This document shows positions 50,366 through 62,600 of a stretch of DNA of 64,000 nt, in pieces. The position numbers and the translations under genes were made by a program. The notes under the pieces are model-generated. The model was given only the letters and a program-made list of their open reading frames with translations, was not told the DNA's origin and made no database searches. The stretch is from Yuukianura sp. NJ FZ-2021 (lineage: Eukaryota): positions 372,001 to 436,000 of the forward strand of contig CM102290.1 in assembly GCA_046563655.1 (NCBI GenBank). Direction: 5' to 3'. Numbering within the stretch: the first letter of the stretch is position 1; every line of letters starts with the position of its first letter.

Positions 50366-53300
50366 TTATTGCCAACTGCTACGACGAAGGATGACCAGGA
50401 TGAGGGGCAATGCCGTCCAAAAGTGACGTGACTTGTTTCTGCTGCTCCTGGACTGCGCATGCGTCTGAGTAGAAGATGACGACGAGTTCTCCACGACGGA
50501 TGACATTCTGGGCCTCACTTCTTCCAGAACAAAGACTTCCGTGTCTTCTGCATAGCGGTCGTAGAGTGCAGCTCTGCAGCGCAGGGCAATCCGTCCATTC
50601 ACGAAATGGAACGCCCGCACGGAGAAGCCGAGCGTGAGAGACGAACTCTCAAAGTTGTTGGGTTCACGGTACCGGTCCTGTTTGAACGCAACGTCCATAT
50701 GCTACGGTACCAAAAAACATTAGGTTAACATTAGGCTAACGATAGGTTAACATTAGGTTAATTTGAAATTAGGTTTAACTTACTGGGCGTTCGTTGATGT
50801 ACCAGGTCAGATTGGAAGCTGGTCGAGAGCGACGGGAGGTGCAGGTCACGTTGACGACGTCACCAACGGCGTACATTGGTTTCAAACGGCTCAGTTCCGG
50901 CTTTGAGCTTGGAAGGGCTGAAAGTCAAAGAAAATGTGGTTAGTTAAAATTAAAATAATTTAATTAACAATTGGAATTATTAAATAAATTATTAATATTT
51001 GTACAAATATTTGTATTTGACAAATTGACATATTTTTTTTAGTCCGAGAAACTAAAATTTGACTTAACATAACGACATGACCTCATGTAAAATTAACCAA
51101 AACTTAGCCTACTATTTTCACGATCACCGACCACCTACCATTTCATGACCACCGACCATCTAACGTTTTCCGATCACTTAGCATTTTCCTACCACCTACC
51201 ATTTTCCTATGAATTAGTTTTTTCCTACCACCTAGCATTTTCCGATAATTTAGCATTTTCCTACCACCTTGCATTTTCCGATAATTTAGCATTTTCCTAC
51301 CACCTAGCATTTTCCGACCACCTATCATTTTCCGATGACTCTGAATTTTCCTACCACCTACCATTTTCCTATGAATTAGTTTTTTCCTACCACCTAGCAT
51401 TTTCCGATAATTTAGCATTTTCCTACCACCTAGCATTTTCCGACCACCTACCATTTTCCGATGACTCTGAATTTTCCTACCACCTACCATTTTCCTATGA
51501 ATTAGTTTTTTCCTACCACCTAGCATTTTCCGATAATTTAGCACTTTCCTACCACCTAGCATTTTCCGACCACCTACCATTTTCCGATGACTTAGAATTT
51601 TCCGACCACCCAGCATTTTGAGGCCATTTACGTGACCATTGACCACTTCACTACTGCCGCAATGCCCCTTTTGACAAGAGGACTTTTTCCGTTGTATTTA
51701 CATAATAAATAAAATGTTGGATCAGGCTAGTAAAGAAAAAACTAAAATAAATAAATATAATGTTGTGTTATTTGTGTTAAATAATAAGTTGTTGAGTGTT
51801 TTCTGGGAGCAGCGATGCGTATAAAATATTTTTGGGAGAAAGTTGAGTGTTTGTGTGGTGCCAAAGCTTAGGAGTCCGATATGAGGTTATAAATTAGGTT
51901 AGGTTCTCGTAAAGACCCGTTCGTAACAAGACTTTGTGTTTATGGGACAGATTTCAGCAGAGTGAGTATGAGGTCATAAATCCCGCCAAAGTTCAAATGA
52001 ACAGAGGTCACCACCACACGTAGTACTTACACTCTGCTCCCTAATTCTAATTTACTGCAACCACAACCAGTAGCAGTCAAAGTGTGACCTCTGACCTCTC
52101 ACTTCTCAAAATTTACTTTATTTCCAATCGTACAGCTCATTTAATCTTCAACTAACTTAGAAACTAAACTAAAAATAATTTTCAAAAATAAGTTAATTTT
52201 CAATTAATTTTAGGCTTAAGGCCTCTGCACACAGAATTTTGGCGGGCAAAGTGACAACATCTTTTTTGCCGAAATTATACGCAGTTTTTGAAAAAATTTC
52301 CAAAATTCTTTTAAAAAATGTCTCACCTATGACCGTGAGATGCTCCGTTTTCAAATCCGTTGTGAAGTCTGGTGCGTCTGTCGTAACTTCGCAGCTATAC
52401 TTGCCTGACATCGAGAGATCTATGCGACGGAGGTAAACGTGCGTTGCATTTGAATAACGTTCCTGTTTCAACACAACATGAAAATTTTTTTTAGACATTT
52501 AGGGATTCATTGCTTCACAGCTTTAAAAAAAAGCCATTTTTAAATTGAAGCAAATCCGCGTAGAAATCTTTTTTGGCCATCATGTTTTGAATTTCTTTGA
52601 ATTTAAAAATTCTTTTGAACGGCTGTTTTTGGCGCGTTTTACGAAAAAGAAAGAAATTTAGAGTTTGAACATCTCAGGAAGAGTATCATTTTTCTGTATT
52701 CTTTAAAAAGTTGGTTGCCATGGCACCCTCCCCAGCTCCCTTGGCAACCCATCCTCCTACTGTAGATCTGTCCATAGTGTTGTGGTGGCATTGTGCATTC
52801 TGATGGAGTGGAGCATGAGAAATGGAGCGTCGAAGAGACGAGCTACGTCGCGGAAACGTTGATTAATCCAAACCGGACGTGATTCTTCAATGGGCAACTT
52901 CTGAAGAAAAAGATTGGAAACTTTCCCATCTCTGACTTTTCTAAAAAAAATTTTTTTTTGCCCAACTCTGTATGTGATTTTTTGTTGTTGTTGTTGAATT
53001 CTGGCGGCAACGCTTGTTGCCTTCAAGGCGGGAAATTTGAATAAAAAGCCCTTAGAGACATGATATGGAGAAAGTTGCTTTCTCCCTAGAGAAGAAATCA
53101 CACACAACTTTTTCTCTATTCAATACATTCCAAAAAAAAGAGGATTCTCAAAATTCAAGGTTGGAAATTGGAAAAAAGAAGGTCCAAAAAACATTTTTTT
53201 AGTGTAACAAGATTATTGCAATTCAAAAAAATAGAAAGTCATGGATACTTCTCCTGTGTTGTTCAAACCGGAAACATATTTTGAACAACCATTTTAAAAA

Positions 53301-56300
53301 AAAATGTAAAGGAGAGAATTTTTTGGCGGGAAAAAATCTGAGTCTCATAAAAGAGTGGGTAATCAACTTAGAATGAAGGGGAGAGGAAGTGTTATGTTTA
53401 GAAAGTTGGGAACTTGTGAAAGTTTTGAAAAGAAAGCGAGTGTCGTTTTGTCATTGTCCTTTCCCTTTCCCCGCCAAAGTTCCAACATCTCCAGTTATTT
53501 TTTAGTGGGCTTTTGTAGTCAATTCAAAGAAAGTGAATGATAATCTAGTAGTCTCGGGAGAGGGAGAGAAAAAAAAAGTTGACTTTTTGAATTTGTGCGC
53601 ACTTTTAACCTTTTTTTCGTATTTTTTATATTGTGTACTGTCAGCATTCCACACGTACAAAAACGTACGTAATTCTACGCAACTATGTGGAGAATCCAAG
53701 AAAAAATGCACAAACTGCACACCATACATAAAAACGTGCACAATTTTGGAAAAAAAAACGCAGAAAACGTGCGAAAAATTACACTTTTTCTTCATGTTCC
53801 GCAGAAATTTGCAAGGCGTTAAAATTTGAAGTAGAAATGATAGAATTTTGACGTTTTTTTTTTGTTTTAGCGACACAAAAAATTTGTTTTCTTAGATTTT
53901 TAATAGACTTACGTCAACTTCGAGTCCGGGAAATTTGAAAATCTTGATGGCGGGAGATTCCTTTGGTGTGAATCTATAAAATTCGCCGTTTCCTTTGTAC
54001 CATTTGACAGTGTACAGCGTGTCCGTTCCCAAGTTGTACCTGCACTCCAGAATTATTCCATCTCCAACTTTTGGATATTTCGGTACAACTACCCGCACAT
54101 TCAGTCCACCTCCACCGTCAACTTCACGCCGTCCATCACTTCTTCCTGGAAGTTCTGAAAAAAAAAGAAAAAAAAATTGAAATTTTGAAAAAGCTCACTT
54201 TTTTTCCGGAGGTTAAGGTCATGGGTCAAGAGTCGCTTAGAAGGTTGTTGCTTTTCCATAAACGATTTTTGTTTTCCAACTTTTTTTTTCATTTTGAGAA
54301 AGAAAAAATAGCCTCTGTCTGTAGTTTTTGGGACAAATAAAGTTTTTTTTCCTTTTTAGAAAAGTAACTTTTAGTAAAGTGACTCTTTGCAGAAAAAAAA
54401 GAAGTTGAGTTTGGGAAACGGAAGAGAATTGAGTATTTCTGGAATCCGGAATCCCGGAATTCAGCTTTTGAGTCACTCAACGACTGGGCGAGACTCGTTA
54501 ACCCCAAAAAAGAGAAAGGGAGAGCGTAAACGACCAGTTGGAACCAACCCGCCAAAATTTAAATTTCTACAAACAGAAAAAGTTTGAAAAACCAGCACTT
54601 TCAATTCCTTCGTTTCCACATACTAATTGTTATGTGTTTTACTTGAACCATTAAATCACAAACGACCAACAAATGCAACCATTCATTTTCTTTTCAAAAT
54701 GTTTCCAACATTTTCACACCCGCCAAACACAAAACAAAATTGATTTTCAAAATTTTGGTTTTCAAAAATTCGTGAATCGTCACTTAACGTAGAACTATGA
54801 TTTGTTTTGGTAGACGTGAGTAGCCAAAATGTCAACTGCAAAACCTTAGCGGTAAAATTTTTAAATTTATTTATTCTTTGTGTGGAAAAACTGTTCATTT
54901 TTTTTTCAAAATTTTGAAACTGCTGCTCAAACCGCTTTGCTTGTCTCCTCTTTCATCTTTCTTCTTCTTTGTTCATTTGTGTTCCTGAGAGAAGACGGGA
55001 GGAAAGGACATTGAAAATCTATCGATTAGCAATTCATGTGGCGTCAGCAAAAAGTTTATGTTTGTAAATAACATGGACGCTAAAAATGTCATTTCGTTTC
55101 CCTCCAAAAGTCACTGGCGACATGACGACCAAACAGTTAAACCTCCCAGGAACTTTTGGACTCCACCATATGCTGCTCAAATGCTCTTCCAAAAGTCTCC
55201 ATCACTCAAACACATTTGACATTACTCATGCATCAAGACATTTTAACACAAAAACATCAAAACCATTCACATGTTTCCAAATGTTTCAAGAATTAATCAC
55301 TCACAATTTCCAAAAACTAAAATTTCTAAATTTTCATTTCTCATGTTGTTCTAAAATAGATTCGATTAAAGCATTGTGAAAATAACTGGTTAAACAAATA
55401 CGACTTTTTCCAAAATTCAAAACATAATTTTTCCCAAAATTCAAATCGACTAAGCAATTGTCTCAAAAGACATAAATTGTTTCAGAAGTAGCAACTTCCT
55501 GCGTCACGACACTTTTTCCGTTTTTGTTTCTTTTTTTCAAAAAGTTTTCTATTATTCATTCATGTTGCTTTAAAAAAAGCGGAGAAAGGTGATGATGTGG
55601 AGCATCTTTATTTATTCGTTCCCGCTCCCGTGTTGTAATAATGAAAGCGAGAAGAATGAGACAGATTCTTTGCATTTGGCAGATTTAAAGGCCACCTAAA
55701 TCCCATTTATCGAACCTCTCATCTCCTGCTGGCTCAGATTTATGGATTTACCCCTCCAGACACGAATCAACTTTCACACCAAGCCAACTTTCAGAATCTG
55801 TGCCTCTTTTTTTCACAATGTAAACTCAACAGTAGTGAGGAGCAGACGAGCGCAAAAATTTAAATAGTTGGAGCAATAAAATCTAACTTTTTTACATTGG
55901 AAAAGTTTTGAGTCCGTTAGTCTCTAAAGTGTAGAAGAGGAGTTGGGGATGAGCAGGAGCTTAGGAGAGACTTTCTCTTAAAAACTTTTGTGAGTGTGTA
56001 ACCTTCTCGGGAAAAAATGTGGCGGGAGATGAAGCTTCAATTTGAAATTAGAAAGATATGAGTGGAGTTAAATGGCCAAAGAAAAAATGTTTGAGCGGGG
56101 ACGATTATGCTTGTGGAAACACCGTTTTTAGCCCCGTTTCACTTCAAAAAGTAAAAATGAGCAGTGAGCACAGCCGTGGGTTCGAATCCCACTGGCAGGT
56201 AAAACTTTTTGTGTGTGTTTAGATCTGAATTTCGTGTGTTTTGAGCTTTTAGTAAGACCAATTAGTAAATTAAACCAAAAGGGTTATGGGCATTGCATGC

Positions 56301-59300
56301 CCGGCTTTCTGCTCTTTTTTTTTCCTCATTGGCCAAAGCATTGTTCGCACAAAAATCTATCGTTTGAAGCATAAGTTTTGTTTGTACTAGGCTTAACAAT
56401 ACAAGTTTTTGGTGAATATACATAACCATAAAGGTTTCTTAGGAAAGAAGCACTTGACTCAAAACTTTTGAGTCAAAAGTGACTATTTCTTCATCCATTG
56501 TGCACCAAAGTGAGAACGTGAACAGTTTGCGTAGTTGGGACTCTAAGGAAGCCAAGTGCCCTTAAAAAAATAAAACCTTGGTGATGGATACTCTGAGCTG
56601 TGACGTAAATTTGCGGCGGCGGGAAAAGAAACTTTTTTCGCTTTATTTTAAAATTGTAGGATTTTTGAGCATGTGGAAAGCGTTGATGGATTGCCTATAA
56701 CACAGTGACTTCAGGAAACCTTCTTTCTTCAAGTTCTGAGACAGAGCGAGGGAAAAAAATTGTTCAAAACGAGTTCAAAGTTCATCCAAAGCTAAAAGTT
56801 GAGAGGTCAACCAGGTCAAATTTAGTTTACTTGAGGGTCAATCCGTAAACCCATGGGTTTTGGTTAGCCCCACCGGTTTTACTAGAAAAGTAGCTTACTA
56901 AGATTCAACTAAGTTTCCAATCACGTTTTATGGGCAGACGGAGAGGGAAAGTGCGGGAGGTTTTGAAAAGGAGAAAGGAAGTGAAAGTGCTTTCGGCTGG
57001 CCTTTATCCCTTATTGGATTCCATTGTTACGCACCATCATCCCCTTCACCCCCTCCATTCACTTTCTGGACAACATGGACCACCCTACCCCACCCCCAAA
57101 AATTACCCCCCCCCCCATCAAAAAAAAACACCCCCCCCCTCTTCAATTTTTAAAGAAATCTCGGTACCCGGTTTGCGCAGGATTTCAGTCTGCACTTCGC
57201 CGGAGAAAGTAAAGAAGTAAAAAAAATTTATTAAACTTTTTGTTTGAATTTTTGCCTGTTTGGTTCCAGTTTTTTTGTTTTTAGGCAATTGAATTCAAAG
57301 CTGTCGGTTTTCGTTAATCTTTTTTGTGTTGAGCTGTTTGAGTGTTGATGAAAAGTCGTTGTAGGTGAGGTTGCATGTGTAGGTAGTTGTGGTTGGATGA
57401 AAGTGGATGGAGATGAGATTGATTTAATAGAGTGGAAGTAAAGCGGGTCGTAGAAGACAATCATCCTTTTATTATTATGAAATGCTTTCCTACTATTTGT
57501 GTAAGAAGGAGAAATGTGTTCTTTCCATTTCTTAACTTGAAGGAGACGAATATTATTCCTCCCCTACAAATAAACACACTTTCCCTCCTTTACTTTTCTT
57601 GTCTCTTCGTACAAAACAGAGGTACGCGCCCAGGGAGCGGAAAGTAGCCTTCGACGCGCCTTCATTCCTAGACAGTTTTTGGTGACGGATAAACTGCTAG
57701 TCGACTTGGTAGCTTTTCGCTCCCGGGGCGCGTGAAAGCGCGGGAGCTGAAACACATTTGTGCTTCTTTCCCAAGTCAGTTTCAGTTTGATCAGAAAAGG
57801 AAAGTGGCGGAGTGACTTTCTCCCTCCAAAAAATATCCTGAAGAGAAAAAGAAGATGAAAAATTGGTCCAGATGAAATTTCTCATCCATCCATCCTCCTC
57901 CCTCCACCCTAAACTTAGCCATAACCTAAACAGTAAGTAAGTAAGTAAGGCTCCATGGAAATTTTGACTAGCCTAACTTCCACAAAAAGAGAAGAGATAT
58001 TTTCAATATAGTAATTTCCTAATAAACAACTTCCTTTTATATTGAATTAACTTCCAGCAGAGAGAAAGTGAGCGGGGGATCTTGGCTTCTCTTGCTGCTC
58101 CACCCAAAAAAAGAAGTTTGGTTTGAAATGCAGTGGTGCTGGTTAATGTTATGTTGGGTTGGTGATGCTGCTGGAAGTTCCCGCCAAAATAACTGCTTTC
58201 TCCACACACACAACATCGATTTGCCATTCCAATCATTCATTCTCAATAAACTCTCTCAAATGTTTGTAATTAAACGAACCCAAAACGGTTCCATTTCTAA
58301 TTCAAATAAAAAGGAACTTTCCCGCGCTGCACTTTTCCCAAACTGCCAAAACCAACCCTCATGAATTTCGCAGAAAGTTCAACCACTATCACTAACCTTA
58401 AAAACGTAATCACCTAAAACAATCCCAGCAGAATCAATTTTTCAAAATTAAAAAACTGAAAACTTTTCCAAAAACGGAAAACTGAAAAATTCTCTAAAAA
58501 CGGAAAACTGAAAAATTTTCGAAAAACTGTACGTCACTTTTCTGGCACAAAAAATTGTGGCACGAGTAAAGACTTTTTTTAATTAATTAAATTTAGGGCA
58601 AGGTTGCTATTGCAACAAAATAGTTTTTCTTTAACAGGTTGGGCAATAAATCCTGTCAAGATTATTTTAAAAACGTTTTGCTGCTTTTTTCCATTTTTTT
58701 TTCATTTTTTGTTGTTGTTTTTTTTTGTAATTTTTTTTTTGGAAAAGGTTTGTGGAGTTGTGGTATGATGATGATGGGTACAAGAGGATCGTTCCCTTAA
58801 TTCGCCTCACTTCAACCAACTTCCGCCTCCTCCACGGAAGAGTTGTTTCCACTTTCTTTATCCAAATCCAGACTTGGGAAATGGGCCTCCCTAAGTGCAC
58901 ATTTGGGGAAAGTAAGACTTTTCTCCTCCAGGCCGTCTCCTTTCCTCTTCCTAAAGAAGTTAGGCCATAAGAGGTCAATTCAGAGGTCAAATCACCTTCT
59001 CCCCACCGATTAAGGGCACATTAGCCAAAACAGGTTGTACGTCTCCCTTAACCTCTCCAACCATTACCCTCACCTAAACTCTAACCTTAAACGCTCTAGT
59101 CTTAACCTCAAGGTTAAAAACTCCAATTGAGCTGTTCTGGGCAGGTTCAACTTTGGCGGGAAAAGGAAAAACTGGAGCCACTTAATTTGAAAACAAGTTG
59201 AACTTTATCATTTATTCATAAAAGTTTTCTCCAGTCACACTTTTCTTGCCGTTCACGAAGAATTCTCAACAGATCAATTTCACTTTACACACAGCTTATC

Positions 59301-59681
59301 CTCCAATCATAATTAAATATTATTGATTATCTTTCAAAACACAACTTTTCTTAAGTTAAGTCTGTCACTATGTCTTTTTTTTCAAAAATGAACAAAACAA
59401 TACTTTTGACGCCAATAAACTACAGTTTTTTTTAATATAGAATTTTCAGGTGTTTGGATTTTTGAGTCCTGCGTATTTTTCAATTTTTCCAAGTAAAATT
59501 TTACCGAAGTTGACAAAAGCGGGAATTCTAAGTTTTAAACTTAATTAAGACAATAAGAAAGTTGACTATTGTTCTAAAATTAAAAGATCAACAAGTAAAG
59601 GAAAGACAAAAGTGAAACACGTTTTGGTTTACCTGTGAAAGTGATGAGGAGAAACAGATGAAATTTCCCATGGATTTGCAT
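50366..59681 (-). CDS. beat: Beaten path (Beat)-family two-Ig-domain cell-surface protein, 298 aa; complement(join(50366..50701,50784..50917,52327..52462,53913..54154,59633..59681))
   Basis: A signal exon MQIHGKFHLFLLITFT (phase 1) splices to Ig1 LECRYNLGTDTLYTVKWYKGNGEFYRFTPKESP...|ERYSNATHVYL...SGKYSCEVTTDAPDF. Ig2 is YAVGDVVNVTCTSRRSRPASNLTWYINE|...GRIALRCRA, followed by a Ser-rich linker and hydrophobic tail FWTALPLILVIL. The LYxVKWYK..EFYR and YxCEV..DAP.F motifs are typical of Beat. The 897 nt are in frame. The paralog cannot be assigned. Confidence 0.88.
51128..51619. repeat. 18-bp minisatellite with a 126-bp (7-mer) higher-order repeat in a beat intron
   Basis: GCATTTTCCTACCACCTA-type monomers, about 27 copies. 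The monomer variant order recurs every 7 units. Confidence 0.92.
58599..58660. mobile_element. Solo end of the CAAGG MITE family
   Basis: CAAGGTTGCTATTGCAACAAAATAG...TTAACAGGTTGGGCAATAA matches subfamily-2 ends. No partner end was found. Confidence 0.6.
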
Positions 59682-62600
59682 GTTGCTGGAAAACTTCCGG
59701 GTGAAAGCAACTGCAACAAGTTAATCTTTCCTGAAAAAAAAAGTTAAGTGTTGCTTTTAAACAAAAGTTTTACATTTTATAAAAATATAACAAAAGTCAA
59801 CATTTTTTAAAGTAACCAAGATTTGTTTTAGTTCTCTAAAAAAGTGCTTTGGGCTCTTGGCATTTTACTTTTTTCGGAAACTGGAGATGAGACCTCGACG
59901 TCATTTTCGTAAAGGCTCAACTGTAACTACTTTCACTTTAGTCTTTTTTAAACCAGTTTCTTTTTACCAGGGTTAGGAACAACCGCGTTTTTTAAATTTT
60001 GTTTAAAAAAAGAGCTAAGCTTGCTCTAAAAAGTCCCGTTTCCTAAAATCTCTCTCCCTTAGCTCAGTTTTCAGTGGAAAAAGGAAGTTCATGAATTTTT
60101 CAGGTGACTTTTTTTTGAAAAAGAAAAAAAAATGGTCGGACACTCAAAAAGTTCCGAGTCCTTTTCACTTGTGTATCAAAACAGTAAACCAAAAGACCGA
60201 AATTGAAACCCACAAGGATCAACTTTCACCGCACGCCAATTCAATTTTAAATTTTTCCTCCAAAAAAAGAGCCAAAAACACGCCCGCTTTTTTTTGTTTT
60301 CTACTTGCAAAAACCCGAACAGCATCTTTCACCTTCACCATCTCCAATTTCGTTATATTTTTTGATTTTGTTCTCAGGTGAAAGTCATTGACGTTGGGGG
60401 GTACTTAAGGCCTCCGTTATTCTTTTTAAGGGCTCACGGTTTCACAAAACTGTAGCAGGCGAAAAGGTACAACTGTTAAGAACATCGAAGTTTTTTCTTC
60501 ACTTTATCAAATTTTTCAGATGACTCCAACATTTTTTTAAGCAGAATTAAAATTGTTACCAAAAAGGGAGCCGGAAAAAGTCAAATTTTTCCGGTGAGCC
60601 TTTGTTTGAATTTTTAAACTGTTTGTTTAGGATTTTAGAAATTGTGTAAAAAGGGAGTTAGTTTGTTGGGAGGGACACTTGAATTTAATGTTCCTTTGAT
60701 GAAGGGTTATAAACCCCTCTGTGCTCTATTGTGTTCCAGCAGAGAAAGTTAGCCAGGCAGAGAGATTCAACTAAAGTGGCTCAAATTCTGGAGATCCAGT
60801 GACGGGTACAACAGACAAGCTATGCTGTACTTCAACCAAAAAAAGGTACAAGAGATGTTTTCTCCTTCAACCAGAGCCGATTATTCACAGAGCCACAAAA
60901 AAATCCGAGGATTTTGAAAAAAAAGACGCCAAAATATTCTGAAAGAGAAACTCTTTAAAAAATCGCCGCAAACGGCTGGAAAACCATTTCTGAAAAAATC
61001 TTCTAAATAACAACTTACAACATTTTTGAAAAAACTGTAAAAATGTGTCCAAAACGGCAACAAAACGTTTTTCTTTTTCAAAAAATGTGTAGAATGCTTT
61101 AAACGTGGACGAACATTACTCAATTGTGTATGAAGAAGAAAAACTTCAAGAAACTTCGATTTTTCTTAATTTTTGAACAACTTGCTTCTCTTCTTTTTTT
61201 AAACTTGTGCCAAACGTCTAAATTCTTAACTTTACAGAAAGTTTCTGGATCGCTTTCTACAAGAGAAGAGGAAAAAGTCTTCATTTCTGGTAAAGTTTAA
61301 GACTGTAGACAAGTGCACCGACTTTTTTTTTCAATTGAAAAAAGAAAGAGTTTCCGTTTCAAAAAAAATACTCCCGGTTTTCAATTAAAGATTAAGAGAA
61401 AAGAAAATTCCAATAAGAAAAACTCACTTTTTTTCTTTGTCTCAACTCTTACGTTTTTTTGCTCTTGAAAAAAACGAAGACCAAACTGATTTCAAATTCT
61501 TTCCTTGGTTTCTTCTTAGAAGCGGAACTCATCGAATTTCGATTTTTAACTACAGACTTTCCAACTTTATTACAATTTTTTCTCTCTTTTTCTAAAACCT
61601 ACGGAATTTTTAGGTTTTAATTTTAGAAAAACGAACTTTTTTAAACTTTTTTGTAAAAGTTGACCTCTGTAGCTTTTCCAAAGCCACGGAAAAGCCAGAG
61701 GGCAAAAATCTCTTTAGCTTACACTTTTTTCCGCAGAAATTTTCGGCTCACTTTTTTTTCTGTTTGAAATTTTCTGGTTACTTTCCTCCCGTCAAAATTT
61801 TTTGGAGCCAATTACAGGTTCACTTTCACGAGTTCTGAAATTATGAATTGTGAGGGTTTGTTCTGATTTGTGATGCGTCGAGGTTTGTTCCTTGCAGAAG
61901 GTTATCGTGTCCAAGGAACAAAACGTGGTTGGAAGACAAATATTTGCCGAGGGCGCACAATTTCTAACGAAAGTTCTAAGGTTTAAGTTAGGTTAGCCTA
62001 ACTTTACGTTTGAGATCTGAGACAAAGAGAACGAAGCGTTCGGCTCATCGGCTCAAACGAAACTGATGCGGGTCTCCAGAGAAGCTTGTCTTTCTATATC
62101 ACTTTCTCTACTTTTACTTTAAAAAAAACAGGGTTGGAGTAAGGCAGCCGCATAGTAGAAATGTACACGGTGATCCACTTTTGTATACAACGTGGTCCAA
62201 AAGTGAACACACAATTAGGAAAATGTACAAGAGAAGCTAGGGTTGGTTGAAGCCGCGAGCGTAATTTCGAAAAGTAGTGAAAGCGAACGTGGGTTACGCG
62301 GGAACGTGGAAGAGCTCAAGCCGAAACTAATTCAATTCACAAACTCACCACTTCCCAATTATTTCATAAGCAAAGTTTACCAATTTAAAAAGAGAAAAGT
62401 ACATAGAGGAGTTCTATACTCGACACGCACAATTGAGTTTTTGAGTTTTACAAGGTTTTGAGTTCAAAAGGAAACAAACTCTTTTCTCCCGCCAAAAAAA
62501 TCAAGTTCAAACAATCAAAAACTCCTAAAATTTCAGAACTATTTTCTGCATATCGCTTGTCATTTTTCCGATTTCAAATTCGGTAACAAACTTTTGTGTT

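Noticed and set aside
54289..54555. ORF resembling a signal peptide for beat (MAGWFQLVVYALPF...)
   Set aside because: It starts at TTG with an in-frame TAA just upstream. A proper ATG exon with a phase-compatible donor exists at 59681-59633.
2485..59681. A functional cluster linking TMTC2, the carboxypeptidase, the secreted protein and beat
   Set aside because: All are plausibly secretory-pathway proteins, but adjacency in an animal genome is not evidence of a shared system. Known TMTC substrates are cadherins, none of which is here.
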